DNA of 64,000 nt from Diplonema japonicum. Taxonomy: Eukaryota > Protista > Euglenozoa: Diplonemea. The notes under the pieces were generated by a model. That model made no database searches, was not told the origin of the DNA, and saw only the letters and a list, made by a program, of their open reading frames with translations. Made by a program: the position numbers and the translations under genes. The stretch covers positions 62,001 to 126,000 of the forward strand of contig OZ025750.1 of NCBI GenBank assembly GCA_964019335.1. The letters are read 5' to 3'. Shown here piece after piece: positions 9,119 through 18,161 of this stretch; the first letter of the stretch is position 1; each line of letters opens with the position of its first letter.

Positions 9119-12100
9119 ATGGAGGAGGAGGGGAGGATTGTACCAGCAGGGCGCACAGCTGAAGGAAAGGCAGTTGGGGTGAGGCAGACAGGCCCGCCAT
9201 GGCGGTTCTGGTACGAAGGGCGGGAGATCGCTGGTCCGGAGGGTGGGGCAGTGGAGAAGGGAAGGTACGTGGTGAAGCAGAAGGGAGGAAACCTGGAACT
9301 ACTCCGGAGGGAGGTGGTGAAAGGGGAGGGATGGGCAGTGTGGATAGACGATGAGGCCCTGGGGGAGTACGAAAGGGCCCGGGTAGTGGTGCACCCCCCC
9401 TCACTCACACGCGGTGTCCCGCACCCCACTCACACCAACGGCGCTCCCCTCAACACCATCGCCGCCTTCTTCTCCTCCGGAAGACACCTCCTTGGTGGGG
9501 GCAACCTCCTTTCTTGTCCCTGTTCCACGAAGATCGACCCCACCACCTCAACCACTGATGCTACCGATGTGAACTTTAACGCCTTCCTCCCCTCGGCCTC
9601 CTTGCACAGAAAGGTCATTACCATCATCGAAGCAGATGAGGACCACGAAGACACGGATGCCAAGAAGGTACAGCTCGTTCAGTGGTTCAAGGAAAACGAA
9701 GCCAGGTTCGCACTGGGGACAAGGCTCTCCGACGACAGCGCGAAGCAGCTGTGCGAGAGCATCAAGATGATGCTGCAGCTGCTTGCAGAGGCCGTTGAGA
9801 GGGAAGACGAGCTCTTCTTCAGCATTTACATTTCGCAGGCGGTGGCGAAGGTCGGGCTCGTGCTCCTCTTGTACAAGCGTAAGGCAGCTGGGTCCGACAA
9901 AGAGCTGAAGCGCGCTTGCAACGATCTGGCGAACGAGCTGCGAGGGGACAGCACCAAGAACATGGTGTTCTACGAGCTGGAGTGGCTTCGCAAAGGGCTG
10001 GCCGTAACAGAGGAACAGTTCACCATGTCACGAGCCGACATCCTCGTCACGTGCGTCAAAAGCATTGCGAGTGCCTCTCCCGCACCTGTCATCGAAGAGT
10101 TACTGGGCCTAGGCCGGCAGGCTTTCACAGTTCAAAAATCCATTTCAGAGCACAACCACTACTTTGGGATTGCGGCGATCGAGCGCACGACGGCAGTTGT
10201 GAAGACCTGGCTGCTAGGAAGGTACCACCTGGCAGGGGAAGCAGAAAAGAAAGAAGCAGTGGCGAAACTGAGGGAGCAGCTGTTCGAGATGCAGAGCGAG
10301 CGGGCCAACCTGAGGAAATGGGAGGTCGCCTTCGCGTGGGTGAAACTCATGGCGGACATCCTCACCTTCCGCCCCGCCATCGTGACAGAGGACAGCATCA
10401 AAAGTCTTGCAGCCCGCGACAAAAGCAAAGCACTGGACAGAAGCGGGCTCACATTGGACAGGCTGAGGGAACAAGGGTGGGTGGCGGCGCTTACCTTTGA
10501 AACAGGGGTGACTGTGTACGTGCTATCGGAGTCCCTTCCCGGTGTTTGGAGAGCAGACCCGTGCTTGACAGGTCACGTCACGAAGCAGCTTCGCACGCTC
10601 CCAAGGCTTGCTGTCCCCCAGCACCTTCAGGAGCTTCTCGTGAAGGAAGAATCGGCGTTCGGTGAGGACGAGGGACAGAAGAAGAAGTTCCACGGTCTGG
10701 TTCACTTTGCAAAGATGGGGATGTCGACACCGCAGGGTCTGATGAGGGTGCTCGAGGAGGCGGGGAAATGGCTTGAGGAACGAAGGCCTGTCGGCGAATC
10801 TGAGGAGGGTCTGCAAGGCTTGTACAACAAGGGATTGAACGGTGCAGCGGACTATGCACAGCTGTTCCTCGAGAACGAGAAGGACATCTGGCGACTTCGG
10901 GACAGGGCGGTGGTGGCCTGCTGTGAGGTTATTGGCAGTGTTGGGAAGGAACAATGCAAAGGGCAGTGGACACAAGAACTGCAAGCAACACTGACAACAT
11001 GCAAGGTGTTCGAGCAGAACAGCAACGTACGCAGAAGCCTCGGAAGCCCCGATGTGTACAAACGAACAGCAGCCTTCTTAAAAACATCCTGGAAGACCCA
11101 AGAGGAGGAGGTCCTGGAGAGCATCAGAACCACGATGGACAGACTCGAGGAGCTGCAGCAAAAGCTTCTGTACTGCGAGCCAACAACGAGGGGGAAACTG
11201 GAGGATGTGATGAAGAGTGTTCACAGAGACCTGGGCTTCCAGGTGAGAAGCCTCGTGGGGAAGGCGGAGAAGCTCGATATAGGGCTTGAGTTCCTGTTGG
11301 ACATGCAGCAGAGGCAGTACGCGATGGAGAGAGACCTGAAAGAGCTGAAGGGCGACATGAAGAAGCTGATGATTCACTTCGAGATGGACGCCTCAATCCC
11401 CGACATCTGCAAGGAGCGCATGACAGAGGTGGTGACGCATATGAAGTGCGGTGAAAGTGTGTACATAGCACTGTACGGCGATGAGGTGGAAGTTGACCAG
11501 GTTATCGAGAACAAGTTGTCGTCCGACTATTTAGAACACGAGGGGTCCATCAGCCCTGTGACGGCGTTCATCGGGCCTCCACCCATGACGCTCATACCTG
11601 TGTACAATAACGCAAACAGCCAGTTCGCAGCTGTTGGGGTTGGCCTTGGTCTCGATGCCGCCGCGCTGCGCAAGCGGGTTGTAGACCAGATGGTCGAGAG
11701 GTTATGCTACAAGGAAGCCTTTTGGAAGGACGAAACTAAAGAAGCGACCAATGAAGCTTGGGAGGAATACGTCGAAAACATGCGGAAGGAGACTACCCGC
11801 GGCGATACCCTGACCCTCAGGGCGTGCGCTGAGGTGCTCCGCACAATCATCTGGGTACTTGACGCTGCGAACCAGACCTTCACAAGGGCATGGGCTCCTG
11901 AGGGAGTGCACCATGTCACAGTCGTCGCATTCAGCCCTCCGAAGTACAACGGTGTGTCCGCCACAGAGAGCCTGCTCTCGTTGCTGCGAACTAGCAAGTA
12001 CGCGTCGATACAACGAAGCGAGAATGTCGGAGAAGGGGACAACGACACCTTCCTCCCCTCCAGCCCCTGTCTTTCTTCTCCCGGTCAGACCCCCGAGCTG

Positions 12101-15100
12101 ATGTGCCACGTGCAGACCATGCTCGCTGACGCCACCAAAAACACCCTCCTTATCACAGGAAAGTCCGGAAGTGGCAAATCCACATTCATGAAGAGACTCC
12201 ATGTCGCCTTGTGGGAAGAGTACTGGGGAGTCCTTCGAGGCGGCGAAGGTGTATTTACAATCCCTGTGTTCTGCTCGCTCCCTGAGCTGCGTGACCCATG
12301 CTCGAGCCTTGTTGAGGAAGCCTTCGCAAAGTGGGGTGTTCAAGGACCTCTCCTCCGCCGGATACGGAAAGACTGCCGTGCAGGGAAGTGCCGCCTGATC
12401 TTCATCCTCGACTCGTACAACGAGATGAGCGCCGACCACCAGTACACCAACCTGTACCAGTCCAACAACCTTAGAAAGTGGGGAGAGAAGCAATTGGATG
12501 ACAAACCTGGCAACGCCCCCTTCCCCAAGGTCATCGTCACCTCGCGTTATGAGCACCTCGGGTCTCACAGCCACTACCGGAGCTTCTTTTATCCCGTGCA
12601 GGAGCACACAAGGGTGGATTTCAAGGACGCTTTCTGTGAAGTGAGGATACGGGACTTCAGAAAGCGGACGTGCGAGTACCTGAACAGGGACTATGAGGAC
12701 CAGATGGAGAAGCTTCGCTTGAAACATGGGGTGTCGGTGGAGTACGTGAATGAGCTGGTGAAGATGTCCAAGGAAACAGCCGTCGTTGTTCAGACAGAAG
12801 AGCAGACTGAGAAGCCCTATACATCGCCCGTCGAGGAACTGAAGAAGAAGCTTGTTGCGTCCTCACCTACGTACGACAGCCACGACCACGAAAACAAGTG
12901 TACAATTGACGATATAAACAAGTTGACATCGGTCTCTGGTGAGAGGAGGTTCCTGTCAGAACTGCAGAACATATGGTCGCCCCTGAAACTGTTCCGAGCA
13001 GCGGCGAACAGTGTTGGGCAGCTTCGATCGACACCGTTCATGCTGTCCATCTTGGTGAAGGTGATCCCCATCATGTTCTCTGAGGACAACGACGAGGGGT
13101 ACATGTGTGAGAAGTTCCTTCGAATGATGCCAGAGGGTGTTGGCGAGCAGCTCCTTCCCCTTGCGAAACACTATGAGTTCGACCCATCGCACGCCGCCAA
13201 GCTCCTCGTAGGTCTCGACGACAAAACCAAGCACACCCTATCCCTCGAGGAGACGACACGCCTTGCGCTTCATACCTGCAAGCTCCCCAAAGCTATCCTG
13301 AAGTACGACACGTACCACACATTCGTGAACCAGTTGTTCGACAAGAGCCTTCCAAAGCTCAGCGCAAAGCACAGCTCCATTCACGTCGAAGACCTCAGGT
13401 CGGACCTCCAGAACTTCTGTAAAACCTTCGCAAGGCAGATGACGTTAAACAACAAGGTGCGTGTTCACTACGCCAGCTCAGGTAGGGAGTTCCGATCACG
13501 GTCGTGTTGGGATGAGCACTTTTCATCAGACAGCACGCTTCTGAAGGACATCAGAGATGGAGCACCACTGCAGACGGAGCAGGCAGGAGTAGGCGGGAGG
13601 TACTACGCCTTTATTCATAAGTCTATACAAGAGTCGTTCGTAGCGCAGCTTATCTACGACTCTATAATGCGGTTCCCGATGCTGGAAAACCTCCCTGTGG
13701 TGAAAGGGTTTGTGTCTTACTTTCTGAACTGCCGTTCGGTTGCTGACTGGAACCAGCTGAAGACGGTGCTACCCGGCATGCGAATGCACTTCGTGAACAC
13801 ATGTGCCAGCAAGTTCCACATTGATAGGAACGTCGTCCCCGCCACATTGACGCAGATCGTCGATGTAGTGGAGGCGGACTGGTCACGTTTGAACACAGCA
13901 CTCGTCATCAACGATAAGGCGGTGATGTCGCAGTTCCTCACGCCAAAGGTCCGAGCTGACAAGAAATTTCAACGAGCACTCCTGTCACTGGTGGAACTCT
14001 CGAAGCTCCCTTACGCACAGGTCCCCGCCTCAATGGCAATCAGCATTCTAAACTCAGCGGTTAGCTTCTCAGGTATGGATCTGAGCGGTATCAGGGTTCC
14101 TAAGGCGGAACTGTCCAGTGCTGTGTTCCACGAGACGGACCTCTCCGGGGCGGATCTGTGCGGTGCAAACTTGTCAAAGGCGTACTTTCACAAAACGCGT
14201 TTGGACGGTGCTGACATGAAGGACGTGGACTTCAAACAGGAGCCCGACATCACGCACAGGGGGGTGAGGAGCATCGCGACCACCACTAAACAGGGAGAAG
14301 AACTGTGGGCCACGGTGTCTTGGGACGCAATCAGAGTAGGAAGGTACGCTGCTCTGAACTTCGATGGCGGCACAACACTGTGGGACCCTATCGGCTGCAA
14401 GTTCCATGGTGACATACTGCGAGTGGCAGCCACAACAGGCATTTACGACGTGGAGATGAACAACGAAACGCTGAACATCAAGAAGTCGTCCCACCAGCTG
14501 AAGTTCAACTCGAATGAGACCATCAAAATGCTGACGTTTTCAAACGACGGCAGCACGCTGATCGCCGGGACGAACAAGGGCAACATCCAGGTCATCGATG
14601 CCAACGGTGTCCACCCTCTGTACAACGCCCCTTTGAGAGAAAGGATATGGAGCCTCGCGATCCTCAGCGAACAAGAGTCGGGCAATTCAATCCAAACTGC
14701 CATTGGATACAAGGAAGAGGCGTACCACGCTCCGTGCGATTCAGATGAAACTGGGCTCCAGTACACACATGGGAGACCCGACGGAAATCCAATTCCAATC
14801 ACAGAATCTTGTTTGCAATACGACCCGCATGGAAGGTACCTTGCAGTGGTCGGTGGGAACAGGAGCGGGCACAAGAACATGCTGCTGGAGTGCAGGATAA
14901 TCGACATAAGAAAAGGAGGGGTAAAGACGGTGATACGGGGGCAGGAAAAGATGTCACAAACAGTACAGTTTTCACCAGACGGACAGGTCCTCGCAATCGG
15001 CGTTTATTCCGGAATCCAAACATGGTCTGTAAGCACCGGTATTGAGCTTAGAACATTCGAGCTCCCCATGGCGGTAACAGTTTGCTTCTCTGATGCGAGA

Positions 15101-16564
15101 ATGGCAGCGGCTTCCGTTTCAGATAACGCGGTGAAAATGTGGAACATACAAGACTCGGAGAAGATCAGAGGATTAGCCGGGCATACCGGTGGGATCGGCG
15201 AGGCGATCATCACACCAGACGGTCAGTACATCGTGACCTCCGGCCTTGTCGATCAAAAGATAAAAAAATGGGATTTAGAAACCGGCGAGCTGCTTGTGTC
15301 ATCAACTCCTTGCAACTCCGCTTTAACATGCGTGTCGCTATCGGGAGCTGCGAACGTACATTGGCAAGCTGAAGGGGTGGCGTGGTGTGCGGATTTAATA
15401 TGCCCAGATTTTCATTACAAGAGGTACCACACGCTGGTGGCGAGAGAAGGCGATGTTTTGCTGTCTGGGAAGAAACAAATGCATGTTTTGACGGTCCGGT
15501 CGCGGAGCTCTAAAATGCCTCCTGCGATCACACTGTCGCCGGACTGCCGGCACGCAATTGTTTACGATGTCAAAACAAACCTGCAGACAATATTGAAACT
15601 CGCTGACATCGACGAAAGCGTCGGCCGCCCGACATCCTCCTGCTCCGGGCATGGATTAGCTTGCTTCTCCAGCGACGGTTCTCAATTCGCGTTTATAGGA
15701 AAACGGCAGCAACCAAACGTCATCAAAATCGGCTCCGTGTCCGATCTTGTTTCGAAGGATATGAAACAAACCCACGGAATGTGGAGCCTTGTCTTGAGAA
15801 CATCAGACCGACGAGGGAGAGTGTCTGAATGTTCCATCGACTACGAGGAGGTTGTTCTGAAGGTGAAGCCTCTCGAGATTCACGGCGCACCGCCAATGTG
15901 TTTTTCTCAAGACGGCCGTTACATCGCGTACAGCCCGAAGACATCGGGTACCGGGTGCAGGCAGAGCCAGATTTTTATCGACGTTGCTGGTAAGGTGTCT
16001 AAAAAGGTTCGAAAAGGTGTGCCTTTGCACACCATAAATGTGTACCGCGGAACTGTCAGCCAGATATCTTTCAAAGGCGATTATCTTCTCGCGGTCTGCC
16101 GGCAAAGTTCTATGTTGTGGAAACGAAGCATACTTGGCGAAAGCGCTCGCTTGCGACGCGACACGCACGACCTAGCGCTTGTTCATCAGAACGGAAAGAG
16201 AGTTTGCACGTGGTTGGTTCATAGAGAGTTTTCCAAGGTTGAGACACCGTTAGAGTGTATTGATTGCGGTGTTGACACTACTCTGAATCTGTCTGGGAAC
16301 AACAGGGAGATACTCAGGCAGCGGCAGGGCGGGGCGAGCATACCGGGACTGTCTATCGTCCCGCCAGAAATCGGGCTTGCAGCCACGATGCCGAGGGTGA
16401 GCCGGGGGCGGAGTGCCATGAGGGATAAAAAAAAGAAGAAGAATGGGATTTTCCGTGATGAGATTATACAGCAGAAGCGTGCGATGTCGTGCAACCGTTC
16501 AGAAGAGAGCCTCGCGAAGGTTACCAAGGCAACGGGCAACAAGCCGGTTTTACTCGAGGCGTGA
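9119..16564 (+). CDS. NLR-like STAND protein paralog (2481 aa): same architecture plus an inserted pseudo-OTU domain before the NACHT
   Basis: Intact ORF. First 128 aa identical to the upstream paralog. Walker A GKSGSGKST (from 12158), LIFILDSYNE, FIHKSIQESF, pentapeptide repeats, WD40 repeats (GHTGGIGEAIITPDGQYIVTSG...IKKWD), NLSGNNREILRQR. An insertion of about 200 aa lies at ~11490-12090. Confidence 0.92.
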   Translation: MEEEGRIVPAGRTAEGKAVGVRQTGPPWRFWYEGREIAGPEGGAVEKGRYVVKQKGGNLELLRREVVKGEGWAVWIDDEALGEYERARVVVHPPSLTRGVPHPTHTNGAPLNTIAAFFSSGRHLLGGGNLLSCPCSTKIDPTTSTTDATDVNFNAFLPSASLHRKVITIIEADEDHEDTDAKKVQLVQWFKENEARFALGTRLSDDSAKQLCESIKMMLQLLAEAVEREDELFFSIYISQAVAKVGLVLLLYKRKAAGSDKELKRACNDLANELRGDSTKNMVFYELEWLRKGLAVTEEQFTMSRADILVTCVKSIASASPAPVIEELLGLGRQAFTVQKSISEHNHYFGIAAIERTTAVVKTWLLGRYHLAGEAEKKEAVAKLREQLFEMQSERANLRKWEVAFAWVKLMADILTFRPAIVTEDSIKSLAARDKSKALDRSGLTLDRLREQGWVAALTFETGVTVYVLSESLPGVWRADPCLTGHVTKQLRTLPRLAVPQHLQELLVKEESAFGEDEGQKKKFHGLVHFAKMGMSTPQGLMRVLEEAGKWLEERRPVGESEEGLQGLYNKGLNGAADYAQLFLENEKDIWRLRDRAVVACCEVIGSVGKEQCKGQWTQELQATLTTCKVFEQNSNVRRSLGSPDVYKRTAAFLKTSWKTQEEEVLESIRTTMDRLEELQQKLLYCEPTTRGKLEDVMKSVHRDLGFQVRSLVGKAEKLDIGLEFLLDMQQRQYAMERDLKELKGDMKKLMIHFEMDASIPDICKERMTEVVTHMKCGESVYIALYGDEVEVDQVIENKLSSDYLEHEGSISPVTAFIGPPPMTLIPVYNNANSQFAAVGVGLGLDAAALRKRVVDQMVERLCYKEAFWKDETKEATNEAWEEYVENMRKETTRGDTLTLRACAEVLRTIIWVLDAANQTFTRAWAPEGVHHVTVVAFSPPKYNGVSATESLLSLLRTSKYASIQRSENVGEGDNDTFLPSSPCLSSPGQTPELMCHVQTMLADATKNTLLITGKSGSGKSTFMKRLHVALWEEYWGVLRGGEGVFTIPVFCSLPELRDPCSSLVEEAFAKWGVQGPLLRRIRKDCRAGKCRLIFILDSYNEMSADHQYTNLYQSNNLRKWGEKQLDDKPGNAPFPKVIVTSRYEHLGSHSHYRSFFYPVQEHTRVDFKDAFCEVRIRDFRKRTCEYLNRDYEDQMEKLRLKHGVSVEYVNELVKMSKETAVVVQTEEQTEKPYTSPVEELKKKLVASSPTYDSHDHENKCTIDDINKLTSVSGERRFLSELQNIWSPLKLFRAAANSVGQLRSTPFMLSILVKVIPIMFSEDNDEGYMCEKFLRMMPEGVGEQLLPLAKHYEFDPSHAAKLLVGLDDKTKHTLSLEETTRLALHTCKLPKAILKYDTYHTFVNQLFDKSLPKLSAKHSSIHVEDLRSDLQNFCKTFARQMTLNNKVRVHYASSGREFRSRSCWDEHFSSDSTLLKDIRDGAPLQTEQAGVGGRYYAFIHKSIQESFVAQLIYDSIMRFPMLENLPVVKGFVSYFLNCRSVADWNQLKTVLPGMRMHFVNTCASKFHIDRNVVPATLTQIVDVVEADWSRLNTALVINDKAVMSQFLTPKVRADKKFQRALLSLVELSKLPYAQVPASMAISILNSAVSFSGMDLSGIRVPKAELSSAVFHETDLSGADLCGANLSKAYFHKTRLDGADMKDVDFKQEPDITHRGVRSIATTTKQGEELWATVSWDAIRVGRYAALNFDGGTTLWDPIGCKFHGDILRVAATTGIYDVEMNNETLNIKKSSHQLKFNSNETIKMLTFSNDGSTLIAGTNKGNIQVIDANGVHPLYNAPLRERIWSLAILSEQESGNSIQTAIGYKEEAYHAPCDSDETGLQYTHGRPDGNPIPITESCLQYDPHGRYLAVVGGNRSGHKNMLLECRIIDIRKGGVKTVIRGQEKMSQTVQFSPDGQVLAIGVYSGIQTWSVSTGIELRTFELPMAVTVCFSDARMAAASVSDNAVKMWNIQDSEKIRGLAGHTGGIGEAIITPDGQYIVTSGLVDQKIKKWDLETGELLVSSTPCNSALTCVSLSGAANVHWQAEGVAWCADLICPDFHYKRYHTLVAREGDVLLSGKKQMHVLTVRSRSSKMPPAITLSPDCRHAIVYDVKTNLQTILKLADIDESVGRPTSSCSGHGLACFSSDGSQFAFIGKRQQPNVIKIGSVSDLVSKDMKQTHGMWSLVLRTSDRRGRVSECSIDYEEVVLKVKPLEIHGAPPMCFSQDGRYIAYSPKTSGTGCRQSQIFIDVAGKVSKKVRKGVPLHTINVYRGTVSQISFKGDYLLAVCRQSSMLWKRSILGESARLRRDTHDLALVHQNGKRVCTWLVHREFSKVETPLECIDCGVDTTLNLSGNNREILRQRQGGASIPGLSIVPPEIGLAATMPRVSRGRSAMRDKKKKKNGIFRDEIIQQKRAMSCNRSEESLAKVTKATGNKPVLLEA
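11585..11956 (+). other. OTU deubiquitinase-like domain with substituted catalytic residues, embedded in CDS 9119-16564
   Basis: IPVYNNANSQFAAV aligns to the OTU Cys loop xxVxGDGNCQFRAx, followed by LRKRVVDQM. WEEYVENMRKETTRGDTLTLRACAEVL aligns to YxxxMxxxGxWGDxxTLxAxA. PPKYNGV aligns to xHYNSx. The domain is absent from the paralog. Confidence 0.78.
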
Positions 16565-18161
16565 GGGGGAGGAGGGAGAAAAAAAAAAAAAAAAAAAGAC
16601 GCAATTCATTTCAATCAATTTTTGCTTTTTTTTTTTTTTTTTTTGTGGCGGGGGAAAAGAAAAAAAAGAAAAACTCGATGATTTAAGGTAAGCCGGTGGG
16701 AGCGCCCTGCACAAGCACCATCTAGGAGGTCAACAGCGAACAACACATCTGATGTACTTCTTTATCATATTATCCCCCACCACCAAGGAAAAAAAAAAAA
16801 AAAAAAAAAAGAAGCTCTGCCTAATGAAAAATAATGAAGAGAACAAAAAAAGCAATGTCCCCCCCCCCCTTTCTCGCTCTCCCCTTGTATGTATCTATTT
16901 TTTTCTTTTTTCACTCACAACTTTTTTTTTTGCTGGAACAAAACAAGTAGACAAAGCTTTTTTTTGAAAAGAATTGTTTTTATTGCAAAGTAAGGGAATA
17001 GAAGCAGAGCTTCGCCCCGTTTCATCCCTCAACTGTACTGCAAGGTCCCCACCAAACTTCAGCACACGTTGGCACCGTCGATGCCTTGGATATGTGGCGC
17101 CATTAAATTAGCACTGTGCCACCCGCTTCCCCCCCCCCTTTTTTTTCCTTCTTCTTTCCCCTCCTGTCAATTCCTTTAACGTACTAAATTCAAACTAATA
17201 TGAAAATGGAGTCCGAGTTGAAATTTCCTCTTTCTCTCTCACAATTTCTTTTTTTCTTCTTCTTTTTCTTTTTTTTTGTTTCATAAAGAGCCCATCCAAA
17301 GAAATGCTTGCCATAGCAGTTGCAAAAAAGCAAGGTCACTTGGCTGAGATCACAAAAGGCCCAACAGATAGCCTTTTATTTTTAGGCGCTTTTCTCTCTT
17401 TTTTTTTTTTTTTTTTTTTTTTGTTACAAATATTTATCTTCCAAAAAAGAAAATGATTTTTATAACTATATGCAACTTGTGGCCCGAGTAAAAAAAACAA
17501 CACTCTTGCAGCATTTTAAAAACCTTTTTTTTTGCTCGTGCGAACAACAAAGGCATATAGTCATAAAGAATAATTTCTAATTCTTTTTTTAAAAAAGCAC
17601 AATTGTCAACATAAGTCATAAAAGAAACCCTCTATAAGAAATCTGAGATCGAGGAATTTCTTTGTTTATGAGCACCCCCCTCCCTATCTACATTACTGAA
17701 CAGAAGCTCCCTGAAAGGGGGAAAAAAAAAAAAAAGATGGACTCGAATACTTTGCTCCCATATGTGCCTTTCTTTTCTTATTTTTAATCGCCGAATTTAT
17801 CCCCCCCCCCCCACGCATACTGTACTTTTTTTTTTGTTTCTCGTCATTTCCCCCATTTTTTCTTGTGTTCCAAACGTCACATTCTTTTTTTCTTTTTTGC
17901 TTCAGTTACGTCAGTTGCTCGTCTTTCCGAGTCGATCCTTTGATCGTTCCCCGGTAGTCTGGTAGTAGTCAAAAAGCGCTTCTGCAACTAGTAGTGCGTC
18001 GCATTCTAGTCCCTTAAGTTGTTTAAGGCATCCTAAAATCGCTTTTTTTCAACGCTTCGCCGGGCAGCATCGCCTGGTCTTCAACTCCACGTTCCCCCCC
18101 CCACCCCCCCCGTAAAATTCTTTTTTCTAGTTGTGTGGGAAAATAATAAAAAGAAAATTAT

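Noticed and set aside
7537-9162. Many short poly-F/poly-K/poly-G ORFs here and in other intergenic regions
   Set aside because: Translations of homopolymer tracts; not credible proteins.
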